NCBI GenBank assembly: GCA_965198115.1
Contig: OZ240241.1
Location: 6,592,001 to 6,656,000, forward strand
Length of the DNA stretch: 64,000 nucleotides
DNA from: Candidatus Latescibacterota bacterium
GTDB taxonomy: Bacteria > Latescibacterota > UBA2968
Direction of reading: 5' to 3'
The position numbers were made by a program, and so were the translations under genes. Shown here in pieces: positions 18,338 through 30,411 of the stretch. The notes under the pieces were generated by a model. That model worked only from the letters and a program-made list of their open reading frames with translations, was not told where the DNA came from and did no database searches. How positions within the stretch are numbered: the first letter of the stretch is position 1; each line of letters opens with the position of its first letter.

Positions 18338-20203
18338 ATGAAGACGCGGCGGTTGACGATGTCGCAGGCGATCGTGCAGTTCTTAAAGGTCCAGTACGTG
18401 TCGAGGGATGGGGAAGAACAGCCCTTTTTCGGGGGGATGTTCGGGATTTTCGGACACGGGAACGTGGCCGGGATCGGGCAGGCGCTGCATCAGTACGCGG
18501 ACGAGTTCCGGTTTTACCAGACGCGGAACGAGCAGGCGATGGTCCACACGGCGATCGCGTATGCGAAGATGAAGGATCGCCTGGGCACGTTTGCGTGCAC
18601 GTCGTCGATCGGGCCTGGCGCGACGAACATGGTGACCGGGGCTGCGACGGCAACGATCAACCGGCTTCCAGTTCTGCTGCTTCCGGGAGACATCTTCGCG
18701 CGACGGAACGTGGCGCCGGTCCTGCAGCAGCTGGAGTCGCCATCGTCGCAGGATGTTTCGGTCAACGATTGCTTCAAACCGGTGTCCCGCTACTGGGATC
18801 GGTTGAATCGTCCGGACCAGGCCATCACCGCGCTACCTGAGGCGATGCGGGTGCTGACGTCGCCTTCTGAGACGGGAGCCGTGACACTCTGCTGCCCGCA
18901 GGATGTTCAAGCAGAGGCGTTCGATTACCCCGAATCGCTCTTCGAGAAGCGTGTTTGGACCGTGTCCCGTCCCCGTGCGGATCGTGATCTGATCGCGCAG
19001 GTGGTGACGTCGATCGAGGCGAGCAAACGGCCGATCATCGTCGCCGGTGGGGGTGTGATCTACAGCGGCGCCACCGAAGCGCTCGCGAAGCTGGTGGCCA
19101 AGACAGGCATCCCCGTGGGTGAGACGCAGGCCGGCAAAGGGTCGATGCGTTACGACCAGTCTGGTGCACTTGGGGCGATCGGTGTGACCGGTACGCCTGG
19201 CGCGAATATCCTGGCTCGCGAAGCGGATCTTGTCATCAACATCGGGACCCGATTGAGCGACTTCACGACCGCTTCGAAGACGGCTTTCCAAAACCCGGAT
19301 GTCTCCTTCGTGTCGATCAACGTTGGGGAATTCGATGCAGCCAAACACGGTTCGCTCCCGCTGGTCGGTGACGCGAAGGTGACGATCGAAGAGCTGACGT
19401 CGGGACTCGAAGGATTTCGCGTGGATGACGCGTATTCAGCACGAATCTCCGAGTTCCAGGGCGAGTGGGATGCGGAGGTCGAACGCATCTACACGCTCGG
19501 GCATCGACCGATTCTGAGCCAGGGCGAAGTCATCGGCGCTGTGAACGAGGCGTCGAATGACCGTGATGTGATGATCTGCGCGGCCGGCAGTCTACCGGGC
19601 GATCTGCACAAATTGTGGCGGACACGTGATCCGAAGCAATATCACCTCGAATACGGCTATTCGTGCATGGGCTACGAGATCGCCGGCGGTCTTGGAATCA
19701 AGATGGCGGATCCCTCTCGCGAAGTGTATGTGATGGTGGGCGACGGGTCGTATCTGATGATGGCGCAGGAGATCATGACCTCGATACAAGAGGACGTGAA
19801 ATTGACGATCGTGCTCGTCGATAACCACGGACACGCCAGTATCGGCGGGTTGTCGGAGTCCACGGGCTCTGATGGTTTCGGAACGAAGTTCAAGATGCGG
19901 GATGTTGCGAGCGGTCACCTGGATGGTGACAACGTCCCCACTGATCTGGCGGCGAACGCCGAAAGTCTCGGGGCCATCGTCCTGCGTCCAGAGGGCAGGG
20001 AAGGGCTGATGAACGCACTGGCCGAAGCAAAGGGCAACGACCGAACCACAGTTATCGCGATCGAGACCGACCGCGAAGAAAGAGTGGCGGGCTATGAGAG
20101 CTGGTGGGATTGCCCCATCGCGGAGGTATCGACGGTCGACGAAGTGCAACGGCTGCGGAAAGAGTACGAACAACACGTTGCACGCGAACGGTACCACCTG
20201 TAA
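18338..20203 (+). CDS. iolD: 3D-(3,5/4)-trihydroxycyclohexane-1,2-dione acylhydrolase (TPP enzyme)
   Basis: GIFGHGNVAG, RNEQAM, TSSIGPGATN, YHLEYGYSCMGYE, GDGSYLM. Confidence 0.95.
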   Translation: MKTRRLTMSQAIVQFLKVQYVSRDGEEQPFFGGMFGIFGHGNVAGIGQALHQYADEFRFYQTRNEQAMVHTAIAYAKMKDRLGTFACTSSIGPGATNMVTGAATATINRLPVLLLPGDIFARRNVAPVLQQLESPSSQDVSVNDCFKPVSRYWDRLNRPDQAITALPEAMRVLTSPSETGAVTLCCPQDVQAEAFDYPESLFEKRVWTVSRPRADRDLIAQVVTSIEASKRPIIVAGGGVIYSGATEALAKLVAKTGIPVGETQAGKGSMRYDQSGALGAIGVTGTPGANILAREADLVINIGTRLSDFTTASKTAFQNPDVSFVSINVGEFDAAKHGSLPLVGDAKVTIEELTSGLEGFRVDDAYSARISEFQGEWDAEVERIYTLGHRPILSQGEVIGAVNEASNDRDVMICAAGSLPGDLHKLWRTRDPKQYHLEYGYSCMGYEIAGGLGIKMADPSREVYVMVGDGSYLMMAQEIMTSIQEDVKLTIVLVDNHGHASIGGLSESTGSDGFGTKFKMRDVASGHLDGDNVPTDLAANAESLGAIVLRPEGREGLMNALAEAKGNDRTTVIAIETDREERVAGYESWWDCPIAEVSTVDEVQRLRKEYEQHVARERYHL

Positions 20204-20216
20204 CTGAAAGACGGGG

Positions 20217-20746
20217 ACCACAGAATACACGGAACACACGGACGGAACCCCCGCGACCGGTGAGTGCCGGCTCGGGGCTTCAGTTTTTCAAGTCGATCCC
20301 TTCCTACGTGGTGAAGCGGATGGGAATGAGTGAATGTCCAAGCTTCTCTTTGCGGAGGAGACTTATGCGATCAGGGGGCCAATCTTCGAGGTCTATCGGG
20401 AGATGGGGTGTGGGTTCCTCGAAGCCGTCTATCAGGAGTGCTTGGAAAAAGAGTTTGCGGTTCAGGAAATCCCCTTCGAGGCGCAACCTGAATTGAACTT
20501 GATTTATAAGGGCGAGATGCTCGAGGGTAAGTATCGACCTGATTTCGTCTGCTTCGGCTCGATCATCGTCGAGCTGAAAGCACTCAGGGAGACTACCAAA
20601 GAACACGAAGCTCAGGTGCACAATTACTTGAGGGCGTCGGGTCTGAAGGTTGGTTTGTTAGTGAACTTCGGACATCATCCCAAAGCTACCGTAGAACGCA
20701 TCGTGGTTTAGGGCCCCTTTCCGTGTATTCTGTGTGTTCCGTGGTC
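20217..20746. repeat. Inverted pair of 9-bp-period arrays flanking the GxxExxY gene
   Basis: gaccacagaatacacggaacacacgga (about 20217-20243) versus revcomp gaccacggaacacacagaatacacgga (about 20720-20746). Confidence 0.85.
20334..20711 (+). CDS. GxxExxY protein (PD-(D/E)XK nuclease superfamily)
   Basis: GCGFLEAVYQECL, YRPDFVC..IIVELKA, QVHNYL, GLLVNFG. Confidence 0.93.
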   Translation: MSKLLFAEETYAIRGPIFEVYREMGCGFLEAVYQECLEKEFAVQEIPFEAQPELNLIYKGEMLEGKYRPDFVCFGSIIVELKALRETTKEHEAQVHNYLRASGLKVGLLVNFGHHPKATVERIVV

Positions 20747-20780
20747 TAGTGTCTTTGGTTTTCGGTTCAGGAGAGATGAA

Positions 20781-21683
20781 ATGGCGATGCCGTTGGTGGA
20801 TGTGCACCAGCATTTGTGGGATTTGAATGATTTCGATCTTCCGTGGTTGGAGACGGCTCCAGGGCTGAAGGACGACTACACGATGCCGCGGTATCTGGCT
20901 GAGGCGAGTGGGGTCGAGGTGGCGAAGACGGTGTATATGGAAGTGGATGTCGCACCTCATCACATCGGAAAAGAAGCGGACCACGTGCTGGCGTTGTGCG
21001 ATGCGGACGATAACCCAATGGTGGGGGCGACGTTGCGGGCTCGGCCAGGGGAGGGGGATTTCGCGGCTCACGTGGCGCGGTTTGTGGATGACGATCGCGT
21101 GAAGGGGTATCGGCAAGTCCTGCAGATTCCGGAGCTAAAGCAGGGTCACTGTCTGTCGGAAGGATTCATCGCGGATGTCCGCACCCTCGGGGATCAGGGG
21201 AAGCACTTCGACATTTGTATGCGGCCGGCAGAGTTGGGCGACGCCGTGAAACTCGTGGATGCCTGTCCGGATACGCGTTTTGTGGTGGATCACTGTGGCA
21301 ATGCACACGTGGAAATCGTCAACGGAAGTTTAACGGCGGATGCGCTGGCGGCAGACGACGGTCAGCGACACGATGCGAACCGATGGCGACGTGACATTGA
21401 AGCTTTGAGTCAACGGGACAACACGATCTGCAAGATTTCGGGGATCATCGTACGATTGCCAGAGGGGAAAGACGCGGCCGACACGCTGGCGCCCACGGTC
21501 AATCACTGTCTGGATGCGTTCGGACCCGACCGTGTGGTGTTCGGCAGTGACTGGCCCGTCTGCACGCTTGGAGCGACGTATCAGACCTGGGTGGATGCGC
21601 TTTCGGCGATCATCGCGGAGCGCAGCGAGGAGGCTCAGCAGAAGCTATGGTCGAAGAATGCCGAGCGGTTCTATGATGTGTGA
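20781..21683 (+). CDS. Amidohydrolase family protein (sugar lactonase-like)
   Basis: VDVHQHLWD, VVDHCGN, CKISG, FGSDWPVC. Confidence 0.9.
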   Translation: MAMPLVDVHQHLWDLNDFDLPWLETAPGLKDDYTMPRYLAEASGVEVAKTVYMEVDVAPHHIGKEADHVLALCDADDNPMVGATLRARPGEGDFAAHVARFVDDDRVKGYRQVLQIPELKQGHCLSEGFIADVRTLGDQGKHFDICMRPAELGDAVKLVDACPDTRFVVDHCGNAHVEIVNGSLTADALAADDGQRHDANRWRRDIEALSQRDNTICKISGIIVRLPEGKDAADTLAPTVNHCLDAFGPDRVVFGSDWPVCTLGATYQTWVDALSAIIAERSEEAQQKLWSKNAERFYDV

Positions 21684-21812
21684 AACCGTACCACGAAAAA
21701 CACGAAATAAACACCCGCCGGTGGGTGGCACACAGGACCCCTTCGAACATCCGGGCTGTGTGGTATTCTGGGGATGACAATGCTTTGAACAATCGAATGG
21801 ACGACGCTTTGC

Positions 21813-23690
21813 GTGCTTGTCTTTGGGCTCACAGGAACGTTGGTGTACGGATTCGAGGAGATGCGTTATTGCGGACGTGTTTCCTCGGCCGACGAGGAAG
21901 GGAGCGGCTACAAGACCCGGCAGTACGCGCCCGACCGGAAGGTCGATGTACTCCACATCAAGATCGACGTGACACCCGATTTCAGAAGGCGTACGATCGG
22001 CGGCTCGACCGAGCTGACTTTCAAGCCGATCGCGAAGCCCCTGTCGGATCTGTTGCTTCACGCGGCGGACCTGACAGTGAAATCGGTGCGGTCCGACCAC
22101 GCAATTCAGGGCCACGATGTGAACGAAGAAGGCATCGTGGTCACGTTCCAGGAACCGATTCCCCCAGGAGAGACCGCCGTTGTGACGGTTCTCCATCACG
22201 CCGAGCCCAAAGAAGGCATCTACTTTCGCACGCGTGAAATGGGTTATCCCGTCGGCGACGAGCACCTCTGGTCGCAGGGCGAGACGCACGAATCACGACA
22301 TTGGTATCCGAGCTTTGACTACCCGAACGAGCGCTCAACCTCCGAAGTGATTTGTCACGTGCCCGAGGCCATGACAGTGCTCTCGAATGGCGTTCAACTG
22401 TCGGACGTGGTGGAGTCGGGCGTGCGAACCGTCCACTGGCGCCAAGACATTCCACACGTGAACTACCTGATCGCGCTCGTGGCGGGCCACTTCGAGAAGC
22501 TCGAGGCTGCGCACGGAGATCTTCCGCTCGGATTTTACGTGCAGCCCTCCTACAAAGCCGAAGCACCCAGGTCATTCGACGGAATAGAGGACATAATAGC
22601 CTTCTTGGAGGAGGCCACGGGTGTTTCTTTTCCGTGGGCCCAGTACAACCAGGTAACCTGCTTCGATCACTTCGGTGGGATGGAGAACACGACGCTAACG
22701 ACGCTCTATGTCGAAACGCTGCATCGCTCTGAAACGGAGACGCTGAGAGACAGTCGTTGGATCGTGGCCCACGAGCTGGCGCATCAGTGGTTTGGCTGTT
22801 TTCGTTTCCCGCGAAGCTGCGCTTCAAGGGAGACGGATGGGTATCGACCACGAAATCGAAATTTCGGATCGATCGCACGATTTCTATGTGCCGTTGAAGA
22901 AGAAGCCGGAGATCGTAAGGTTCGACCCTGATTACACGCTGCTTGCGGAGGTTTCGTTCAACAAGCCCAGGTTGCTTCTGGATGCCCAGCTCATCGATTG
23001 GGATGACGTCGTTGGTCGAATGCGTGCCGCCGACGCACTTGGTTCGAAAGACGACAAGAAATCCGTTGAGCTTCTTGGTTCGGTGCTGCGGGAAGATCCC
23101 TTCTACGGGGTCAGGATCCGTGCCGCGAAGGCACTGGCCAAAATAAGGACGCCTGAGGCCCTGGCCGCTCTGATCGCTTCGGTCGACCAGCCGGACGCCC
23201 GTGCCAGAGAGGCCGTCATGATTGGCATCGGTGCGTTCTACCGGCGTGAGGCCGAGCGGGCGTCGCACGATGCGCTCCTCGGTGAAAAGAACCCGCTACT
23301 CATCGCGCGTGCGGTCCAGAATCTGGGAAAGTATCCTAGCTCCCGAACACGGAAGGCGGTGCTCGACCATCTCAATCGGCTCTCTTATCGTGGGTACATT
23401 GCCCGAGGTGCCATCCAGGCGATCCATACGCTGCAAGACCCAGCCTACATCAAACCGCTGCAGAAGACCCTACCGGGTCTCGAGAAGTCGATACACCCCT
23501 TCTACTTCACCCGTGCACTGAACACCCTCGGCCACATTGCGAAGAACGAAGAGGATCGAAGCAAGGTGAGGAGATTCGTGACCGGGTACGTGAATCATCC
23601 ACGTGAACGGATACAGATCGGTGCGCTTCGGGCGTTGGGTACCTTGGGCGATCCCGCGGCCATCCCCGTCGTTCAGTCGTTGGCTGGCCA
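21813..23690 (+). pseudogene. M1 aminopeptidase with HEAT repeats; internal deletion and C-terminal truncation
   Basis: GGMEN and HELAHQWFG present, but the following NEG zinc-ligand region is absent; HEAT repeats follow in another frame and run straight into a transposase. Confidence 0.82.
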
Positions 23691-24943
23691 GGAATGCTGA
23701 AGTCGATCGTCTCCTCGATGAGCTGATCAAGAACTGTGACGGTCCCGATGACCTACTGGGCGAGAAAGGTCTGCTGAAGCAACTGACTGCCGGGCTGGTG
23801 GAGCGGATGCTCGAAAGCGAGATAACCGACCACCTGGGCTACGAGAAGCACGATTCTGACGGTAAGAACAGTGGTAACTCCCGCAACGGCAAGACTCCGA
23901 AGACACTGAAGACCGACCGTGGTGCGATCCCGATCGAAGTGCCTCGGGACCGCAATGGTGAGTTCGAGCCCCAGATCGTCAGAAAGCGCCAGAGACGGTT
24001 CGACAGGTTTGATGACACGATCATCTCGCTGTATTCCCGTGGGATGACGACTCGAGCGATTCAGGAGCACCTGAAGGAGCTCTACGGGGTCGATGTCTCT
24101 CCCTCGCTGCTCTCCAGTGTGACTGATGATGTCATCGAGGAGGTCAAGGCCTGGCAGTCCAGACCTCTGGACACCATCTATCCGATCGTCTATCTGGACG
24201 CGATCCGCGTCAAGATTCGAGACGATGGAAGCGTCACGAACAAGGCCGTCTACCTTGCGTTGGGCGTTAATCTATCAGGAAACAAAGAGCTCTTAGGCCT
24301 TTGGACGGCTCAGAACGAAGGCGCGAAGTTCTGGATGTCGGTCCTGACCGAGCTCCAGAACCGTGGCGTCAACGATATCTTCCTGGCCTGTGTAGATGGG
24401 CTCAACGGCTTCCCTGAAGCGATTGAAGCCGTCTTCCCGAGGACAGATGTTCAACTGTGCATCGTCCATATGGTGCGGAACAGCTTGAACTACGTCTCCT
24501 GGAAGAACCGCAAAGAAGTCGCCCGAGACCTCAAAGCGATCTACCAGTCCGCCACACTTCGTAAGGCCGAGAACCAACTGGAGAAGTTCTCTGTGAAGTG
24601 GGACAACACCTACTCGATGATCGGTCGGTCCTGGCGTGAACACTGGGAGCACATCACCCCGTTCTTCGCCTACCCACCAGAGATCCGGAAGGTGATCTAC
24701 ACGACGAACGCCATCGAGTCAATGAACGCATCGCTCCGGAAAGTCACGAAGAACAGAGGCGCGTTCCCGAATGATCAGGCCGCCATCAAACTCCTGTATC
24801 TGGCGATCCGAAACATCTCCAAACGATGGACCCGGCCACTGAACGATTGGAATGGGGCCATCAACCGGTTCGCCATCATGTTCGAAGATCGTGTCCCGTT
24901 AAAGTAATCGTGTCACCAGTTACACAAATCTCTGGACACACCC
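23685..24943 (+). mobile_element. IS256-family element lacking its left end; transposase ends at 24907
   Basis: YLDAI, CVDGLNG, QLCIVH, YTTNAIES; right end ttacacaaatctctggacacacc; no matching left IR or start codon seen. Confidence 0.9.
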
Positions 24944-26984
24944 GTGGCGAGTCGGCTGATCCCGGGAATCGTGACCCCCCTTCCTTCAACTTCCTCCGGA
25001 GACGATCACGCCGTTGTGATGACGGGCCATTCCTTGCCCAACAGAGGTGGTGTGTGAATTCACCGACATCCTCGATCTTCTCGTCAGTATTTCAAGAGCT
25101 TCATCTTCTTGAGTCAGATGCTTCTCTGTTTTTCGTGGGTTCTGGCGACGGCGGGTTTCTCCTTTTTCCCACGACGAGGATGAAGACGTTCCGGACGGAG
25201 ACGGATACGATCCACCGGCTACAAGACCGTCTGACACGGGGCCGCGGCGATCGGCCGATTCTGTCGAGTGAACCTTCGCTCGTTCGAACGGTCCTCGCGG
25301 GCAACGACCATCCAAACGTAGCCATCCTGCCGATTTTGGTCGATGACGTCCTGGTTGGCTCTCTGAACGTGGGTGTCCCGCAACAATCATCGTCTGAAGA
25401 AATGGACGCGTTACGCGCCTGCGCAGAGAGGATCGGCAGTCTCGTTCGTACGTCGGTTCCCACGGATTCTGTTCGGCGACGTAACCTTCAGCTCAATCTG
25501 ATCAACCGTCTCGGCAGGCAGGACGTCTGGCAGATGGAACCGGAATCATTCCTCGATCTGGCTGTCGTTTCGATTCGCGAGGGACTCGATTACTACAACG
25601 TATCGATCTTCATGCTCGAAGAGGACAGGTCCCATTTGAGACTCGTTTCGCACGCCGGTGCGTATCGGGGCCGGGTGTCGAGAGGATTCAGGCAGAGCAT
25701 CGCGCTAGGGATCATTGGGTGGGTCGTTCGGAACGAACAGATGATGCTGGCGAACGATGTCACTCAGGAGCCCAACTATCTGGCCGTGGAGGGGTTGACG
25801 ACCGCATCCGAAATCTGTCTGCCGATCACGATCGAGGGTCGGGTCGAAGGGGTGTTGAACGTGGAAAGCGATCAAGTCGATGCGTTCGATGATGGCGACG
25901 TTGTTGCCCTGGAGGCCTTATCGCAACAGGTGGCAGAGGTCATTCAGATGCGGCGTAAGAGCGAAGCGTTCGACAGCCTGCGGGAAGAAGTAGCGGATCG
26001 CCACCGATTCGGGGATCTGCTCGGCCGGGGCGCCGGCATGCGTCGGATCTTCGAGCTGATTCAAACGGTGTCGACGAGCGAGCTGCCGGTTCTCGTTCGT
26101 GGAGAGACTGGAACGGGAAAAGAACTGGTCGCTCGCGCCATTCATCGCGAAAGCGAACGTCACGACCGTTCGTTCGTAGCCGTGAACTGCGCGGCTCTTC
26201 CGGAGAGCTGTTCGAGGACGAGCTGTTCGGACACGAGCGGGGTGCCTTCACTGGCGCTGAGAGGCAGAGACTGGGAAAAGTAGAGCTGGCCCAGCGTGGT
26301 ACGCTCTTTCTGGATGAAGTGGGAGAGATTCCGTATGCCATGCAGGCCAAACTCCTTCGAGCGATCGCCGAAAAGCGGATCACGCGTGTGGGGGGCGAAA
26401 AGGAAATCGAAGTGGATGTGCGGATCATATCAGCGACGAACCGAACGCAGGAGGAGCTGGAACGAGAAGATGCGTTCCGCCAGGATCTGTATTTCAGGTT
26501 GAATGCGGTGCAGATCGACATTCCGCCGCTCCGAGATCGATCGGACGATGTTCCCCTTTTAGCTGCCTATTTCCTGAAGGAAAATATTGAGCGATACGAA
26601 AAGCCGATCGAGCATATCGATCCGGATGTGATGTCCCGTCTTATGGACTATCCGTGGCCCGGCAACGTGAGGGAGCTGGAAAACGTGATTGGGCGAGCGG
26701 TGCTGATGGAGAACGGGAAGACGCTCTCACAGGTCGATCTTCGAGAGGCCCGACGGAAAGAGCAGGACGCCTACAGCCCTCGAGATGTGGGGGACGGGAC
26801 GTTGGAGGAGGTGTGTGGGCGCGTGATTGCCGAGGTCGAACGAGAGTATCTTGGCAATCTGCTGGTCCGTACGAGGGGTAACGTTTCGGAGGCGGCCAGA
26901 CAGGCGGGAATCACCCGACGTACCCTCTACAACAAGCTGCAGCTGTATGGAATGAAGAGGGAGGACTACATCCCGTCACAATGA
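24944..26984 (+). CDS. GAF-domain sigma54-dependent enhancer-binding protein; frameshift near 26205, start uncertain
   Basis: GAF (SEICLPI..GVLNVES), GETGTGKE, ELFGHERGAFTGA in the shifted frame, FRQDLYFRL, WPGNVRELEN, Fis-type HTH. Confidence 0.9.
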
Positions 26985-26999
26985 CCGCGCAGCAGGATC

Positions 27000-27437
27000 C
27001 TATACACCACGATCGAATTTGGTGGTCATCTGGTCGTAGAGCTCTTCCTGGTCGAAGTAGAGCCGCGATGCCAGGATGCGTCGACCGTCCAGTCTGAGGA
27101 CCTCGCAGAAGGCGATTCGTATCACCCTCCCGGTCGGCGGAACCGAGCGAACAGGTCCCCGCCAACAACCTGCGTGGGTTCCAGTGCCGACGTATTCGGT
27201 GGCGACCCATTCGTTTGTGGCAATCAGATTGACGATGTCCAGGCAAAGGTCGGGACAGGCGTCGATCCAAGTTCCCACCATCTTTCTGTAGCCGCCGAAC
27301 CCCTGAAATTGTCGGTGCCCGGGCATGCATATCCACTGCGCAGAAGGGGATACGAGGAGCACCCCCGACTCGAAGTCTCTCAGGTTGAAGCGATCGTAGA
27401 GCGCCCGGGCAATTCGGGCGTTTTCACGAGCCCTCAT
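27000..27437 (-). CDS. SnoaL-like/ester cyclase family protein
   Basis: GTGTHAG..PPTGRVIRI..SRLYFD. Confidence 0.85.
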   Translation of the reverse strand: MRARENARIARALYDRFNLRDFESGVLLVSPSAQWICMPGHRQFQGFGGYRKMVGTWIDACPDLCLDIVNLIATNEWVATEYVGTGTHAGCWRGPVRSVPPTGRVIRIAFCEVLRLDGRRILASRLYFDQEELYDQMTTKFDRGV

Positions 27438-28252
27438 CTTGTGATTGGCTCGAAGGTCCGTCGAAACGTTAGGGAAGCCCAGAGACTCTTCCAGTCGGCA
27501 TCCAACGTGGGCGGGGCTTGAACCATGTGGACGGTGGTGATCATCCAGACCCCTTCCCGATCGAGAGAGAGATCGACCAGCCCCGAGGCATCCGTTTTCG
27601 ACACGACGAACGCTTCCAAATCGTGCTCGTGGATGGCCGCGACCTGGATTCCATTCACCGGCGTACCTTCGAATAGAACACGCACCGGAAGATCCTCACC
27701 TTGCACGAGACTGTAGGGATTTCGTTGCGGAACGATCTCCAGGTCGAAACCAAGAAGCCGATCGTGTCCAGGTCCGGTTTTCGAACCGCACTGGAGAAGG
27801 GTTTTGGCGAACCTGGCATAGGCCTCTCGCCCAGGCTTCGCAGACTCGCCTCTTTCTACGCGTGTTCGAACGATCTGATGGAGACCGACGTCGTTCAGGT
27901 AGGTTTCGAACGCGCTCGCTTCCATCTGCAAGTTTGTATGCGCGCTGCGATAGCCGATGATGCACAGCCCTTCCTGTCTCGCTCGGAACCAACCCGCAGG
28001 ACTTCCACCCAGCGTTCCATCGATTGAGCGGCTCCCCAGCGGATCAGCGACGACGAATTCAGACAGGTGATACGGATCGCGCGGAAACGCCGTTCCGATA
28101 AAGTGATCACCGACCCTCAGAGTGAGTTCAACGACGTCGTCCGGATTCGGTGTGAAATCGGATGGCTCGATCCAGAAGTCGTGGGCAGACACTGGTCCGA
28201 CCCACGCGATGAGTGCCAAGATGGAGAGCAGCGAGCCTATGTTGTGTTTCAT
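27434..28252 (-). CDS. DUF4198 family exported protein
   Basis: Signal peptide then AHDFWIEP; LEIVPQRNP; WKSLWASLTF. Confidence 0.85.
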   Translation of the reverse strand: MKHNIGSLLSILALIAWVGPVSAHDFWIEPSDFTPNPDDVVELTLRVGDHFIGTAFPRDPYHLSEFVVADPLGSRSIDGTLGGSPAGWFRARQEGLCIIGYRSAHTNLQMEASAFETYLNDVGLHQIVRTRVERGESAKPGREAYARFAKTLLQCGSKTGPGHDRLLGFDLEIVPQRNPYSLVQGEDLPVRVLFEGTPVNGIQVAAIHEHDLEAFVVSKTDASGLVDLSLDREGVWMITTVHMVQAPPTLDADWKSLWASLTFRRTFEPITR

Positions 28253-28328
28253 GGCCGATCCAGGTTGATGGACGCGGGAACCGATGACGGCAATCGCCTC
28301 TCCGTCTCCTGTTCCCGCGCCAGGTGGA

Positions 28329-30370
28329 TTATTTGATCAAGAGCATTCGACGGACTACGTTGCCACGACTCCCCTCGAGGCCACGACTCCCCTCGAGTCG
28401 GTAAAAGTAGAGACCCGAAGAGACCGCGTTGCCGAGACCGTCGCGCCCGTCCCAGCGAACCACCCGATCACCGGCAGTCTGGTATCCTTCGACGAGCGTT
28501 CGAACGGTCTGACCCAGGGCATTGTAGATGATGAGTCGAACGTTGTCTGCCTCAGCCAGCCGGTATCGAATCGTCGTCTCCGGGTTGAACGGGTTCGGAA
28601 CATTCTGATCGAGGAGCACGTAGCTTCCCGTGACGGATGCCCGATCCACCTTTGCTGTCTGGCCGATCTGGAGCGTTACCGTATGACGATCTCCACCGTT
28701 GATCGGGATACTCGACCAACTTCCCATCACCTCACCCGTTGTCGGATCGACCAACCGGGCCTGATAGTGACCGTTGGGCAACTTGCCGTCCGAACCGGTG
28801 ATGACGATGTCGGCCAACCCCTGGTCGTCCGTCAACCCTACCCAGCCATATGTGGGCGCGCGTCCCGATACCGAACGGGCGAATTGAACTTCCAGTTCGG
28901 GCGCAACGGAGGCACCTGTCTGGTCGAGCACCGCGGCAGCGACGAATGCCTGAGTGGCTTGCGGACGAAAAGTGCCGGGCGTTCGAGGTTCCGTCCTGTT
29001 GTGGCGGTGGCTGAAGCCCTGGTGGGGTTCTGAAACGTAGGGAAACACGCTCAAGAATTTTCGATCGTTCCTGTCGACACCATCCCCGAGCAAATTATTG
29101 GGCTCGATGTTGAACCCGTCGACGAGGACGCCGGCGACCGCTCGGAGAGCGATGTCGACGACGTCGTCTTCGAGCCTGCGACCGTTCGGGAACCCGGCAA
29201 GGTCACCAGCCACGACGCCGAGGGGATTGGGATCGGCGCTCGGAGCCACGGCCACATTCAGCCTGATCTGTTCGGAGGCGACGACGCTCGGCGGTTGGTT
29301 CAGGCCTGGGACACCAGTGAGAAAGACCTGAACGAGGTCATCCCGGGGTGCAGATGGGACGCTGACGCCGTAGAGGAGATTCAGGAGTGCGGCCGGCTCC
29401 GGATCGGTGACGTGTTCGAGGAACTGGCCGTCGTCACCGACTTGAGAGGCGTTCCAGAGGTCCTTCTGCCCGAGTGGGAGCACGATTTCGTTGACGAGCG
29501 GAGAGCCGAGGCGCGATACCTGCACGAAATCGCCGGAAGCGACATCGTCCGCGTCGGTACTTCGTGTCGTTGTCGATGGCCTGCTGGCCGTGGCCCATAC
29601 ACCGATGACGGCGGCTGGATCGTCGAGCGCGGTGGGTGTCGAACCGTCGTTCGTGAGCAGGTCGATGGAAACCTGGAGGGCGATCGTGTGACAATTGTAG
29701 CCCGCCAGCCCGTCGACGCCGCCTCCACGATGTCCGGGCGCACCCGGTCTGATCGTGAGGAGGTCGAAGATTCCACCCAGGTCGACGAAGAACGGATCGT
29801 CGCGCGGACCCACGAAGACTTTCGTCCCATCGGAAAGATCGTGAACAGCCGCTTCAGCGAGGTCTGCGTAGTTCGTGATCGATGCGGGACCGACGTTGAT
29901 CGGAGCGGTGATCAGGCCGGATGCAAGCACCGTCTCTCCGCTGTCGTCGATACGCGTGATCGTGTAGGTCTGCTGAACGTTGAGGTTGGCGTCCGTTGGG
30001 GATGAGATCCCACCGACGTTGTAGAGGAACGTGTTCGGGTTGCCCGTCGTGGTGTTGAACGCAAATCGGTAGGCGATGTGGCTTTGTGCGTCGCCTACGT
30101 TGTCGACGTGGATCGTGTAGCGAGCATTATCGCTGAATCGGAAAAAGTTGGGTGCCCCGGCCGGATCCTCGAACGGGATGTAGTTGGCGATCAGTGTGAC
30201 CGTGCCGGGTTGGTCGGGACTGACGAATGCGTAGACGTCGGTATTGTCGACAGATGGGTCGGTACTGATCGTGGGGGCTTCCCGGTGGCTGGATGCGAGC
30301 GTCGTCGTCGCGAGAAAAACCCCGACACCACGATCGCGAATGCCCTTGAAAGTGCCTTGGTCGATTTCAT
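28329..30370 (-). CDS. DUF4331 protein with C-terminal FlgD-Ig/T9SS-like sorting domain; frameshift near 30315
   Basis: SSHREAP, GPRDDPFFVDL, GFPNGRR; C-terminal QNVPNPFNPETTIRY..WDGRD..SGLYFYRL..RMLLIK. Confidence 0.85.
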
Positions 30371-30411
30371 TCCATTCTCCGTTTTTTAATTATCCGAGTC
30401 GGGCGCTGCTT

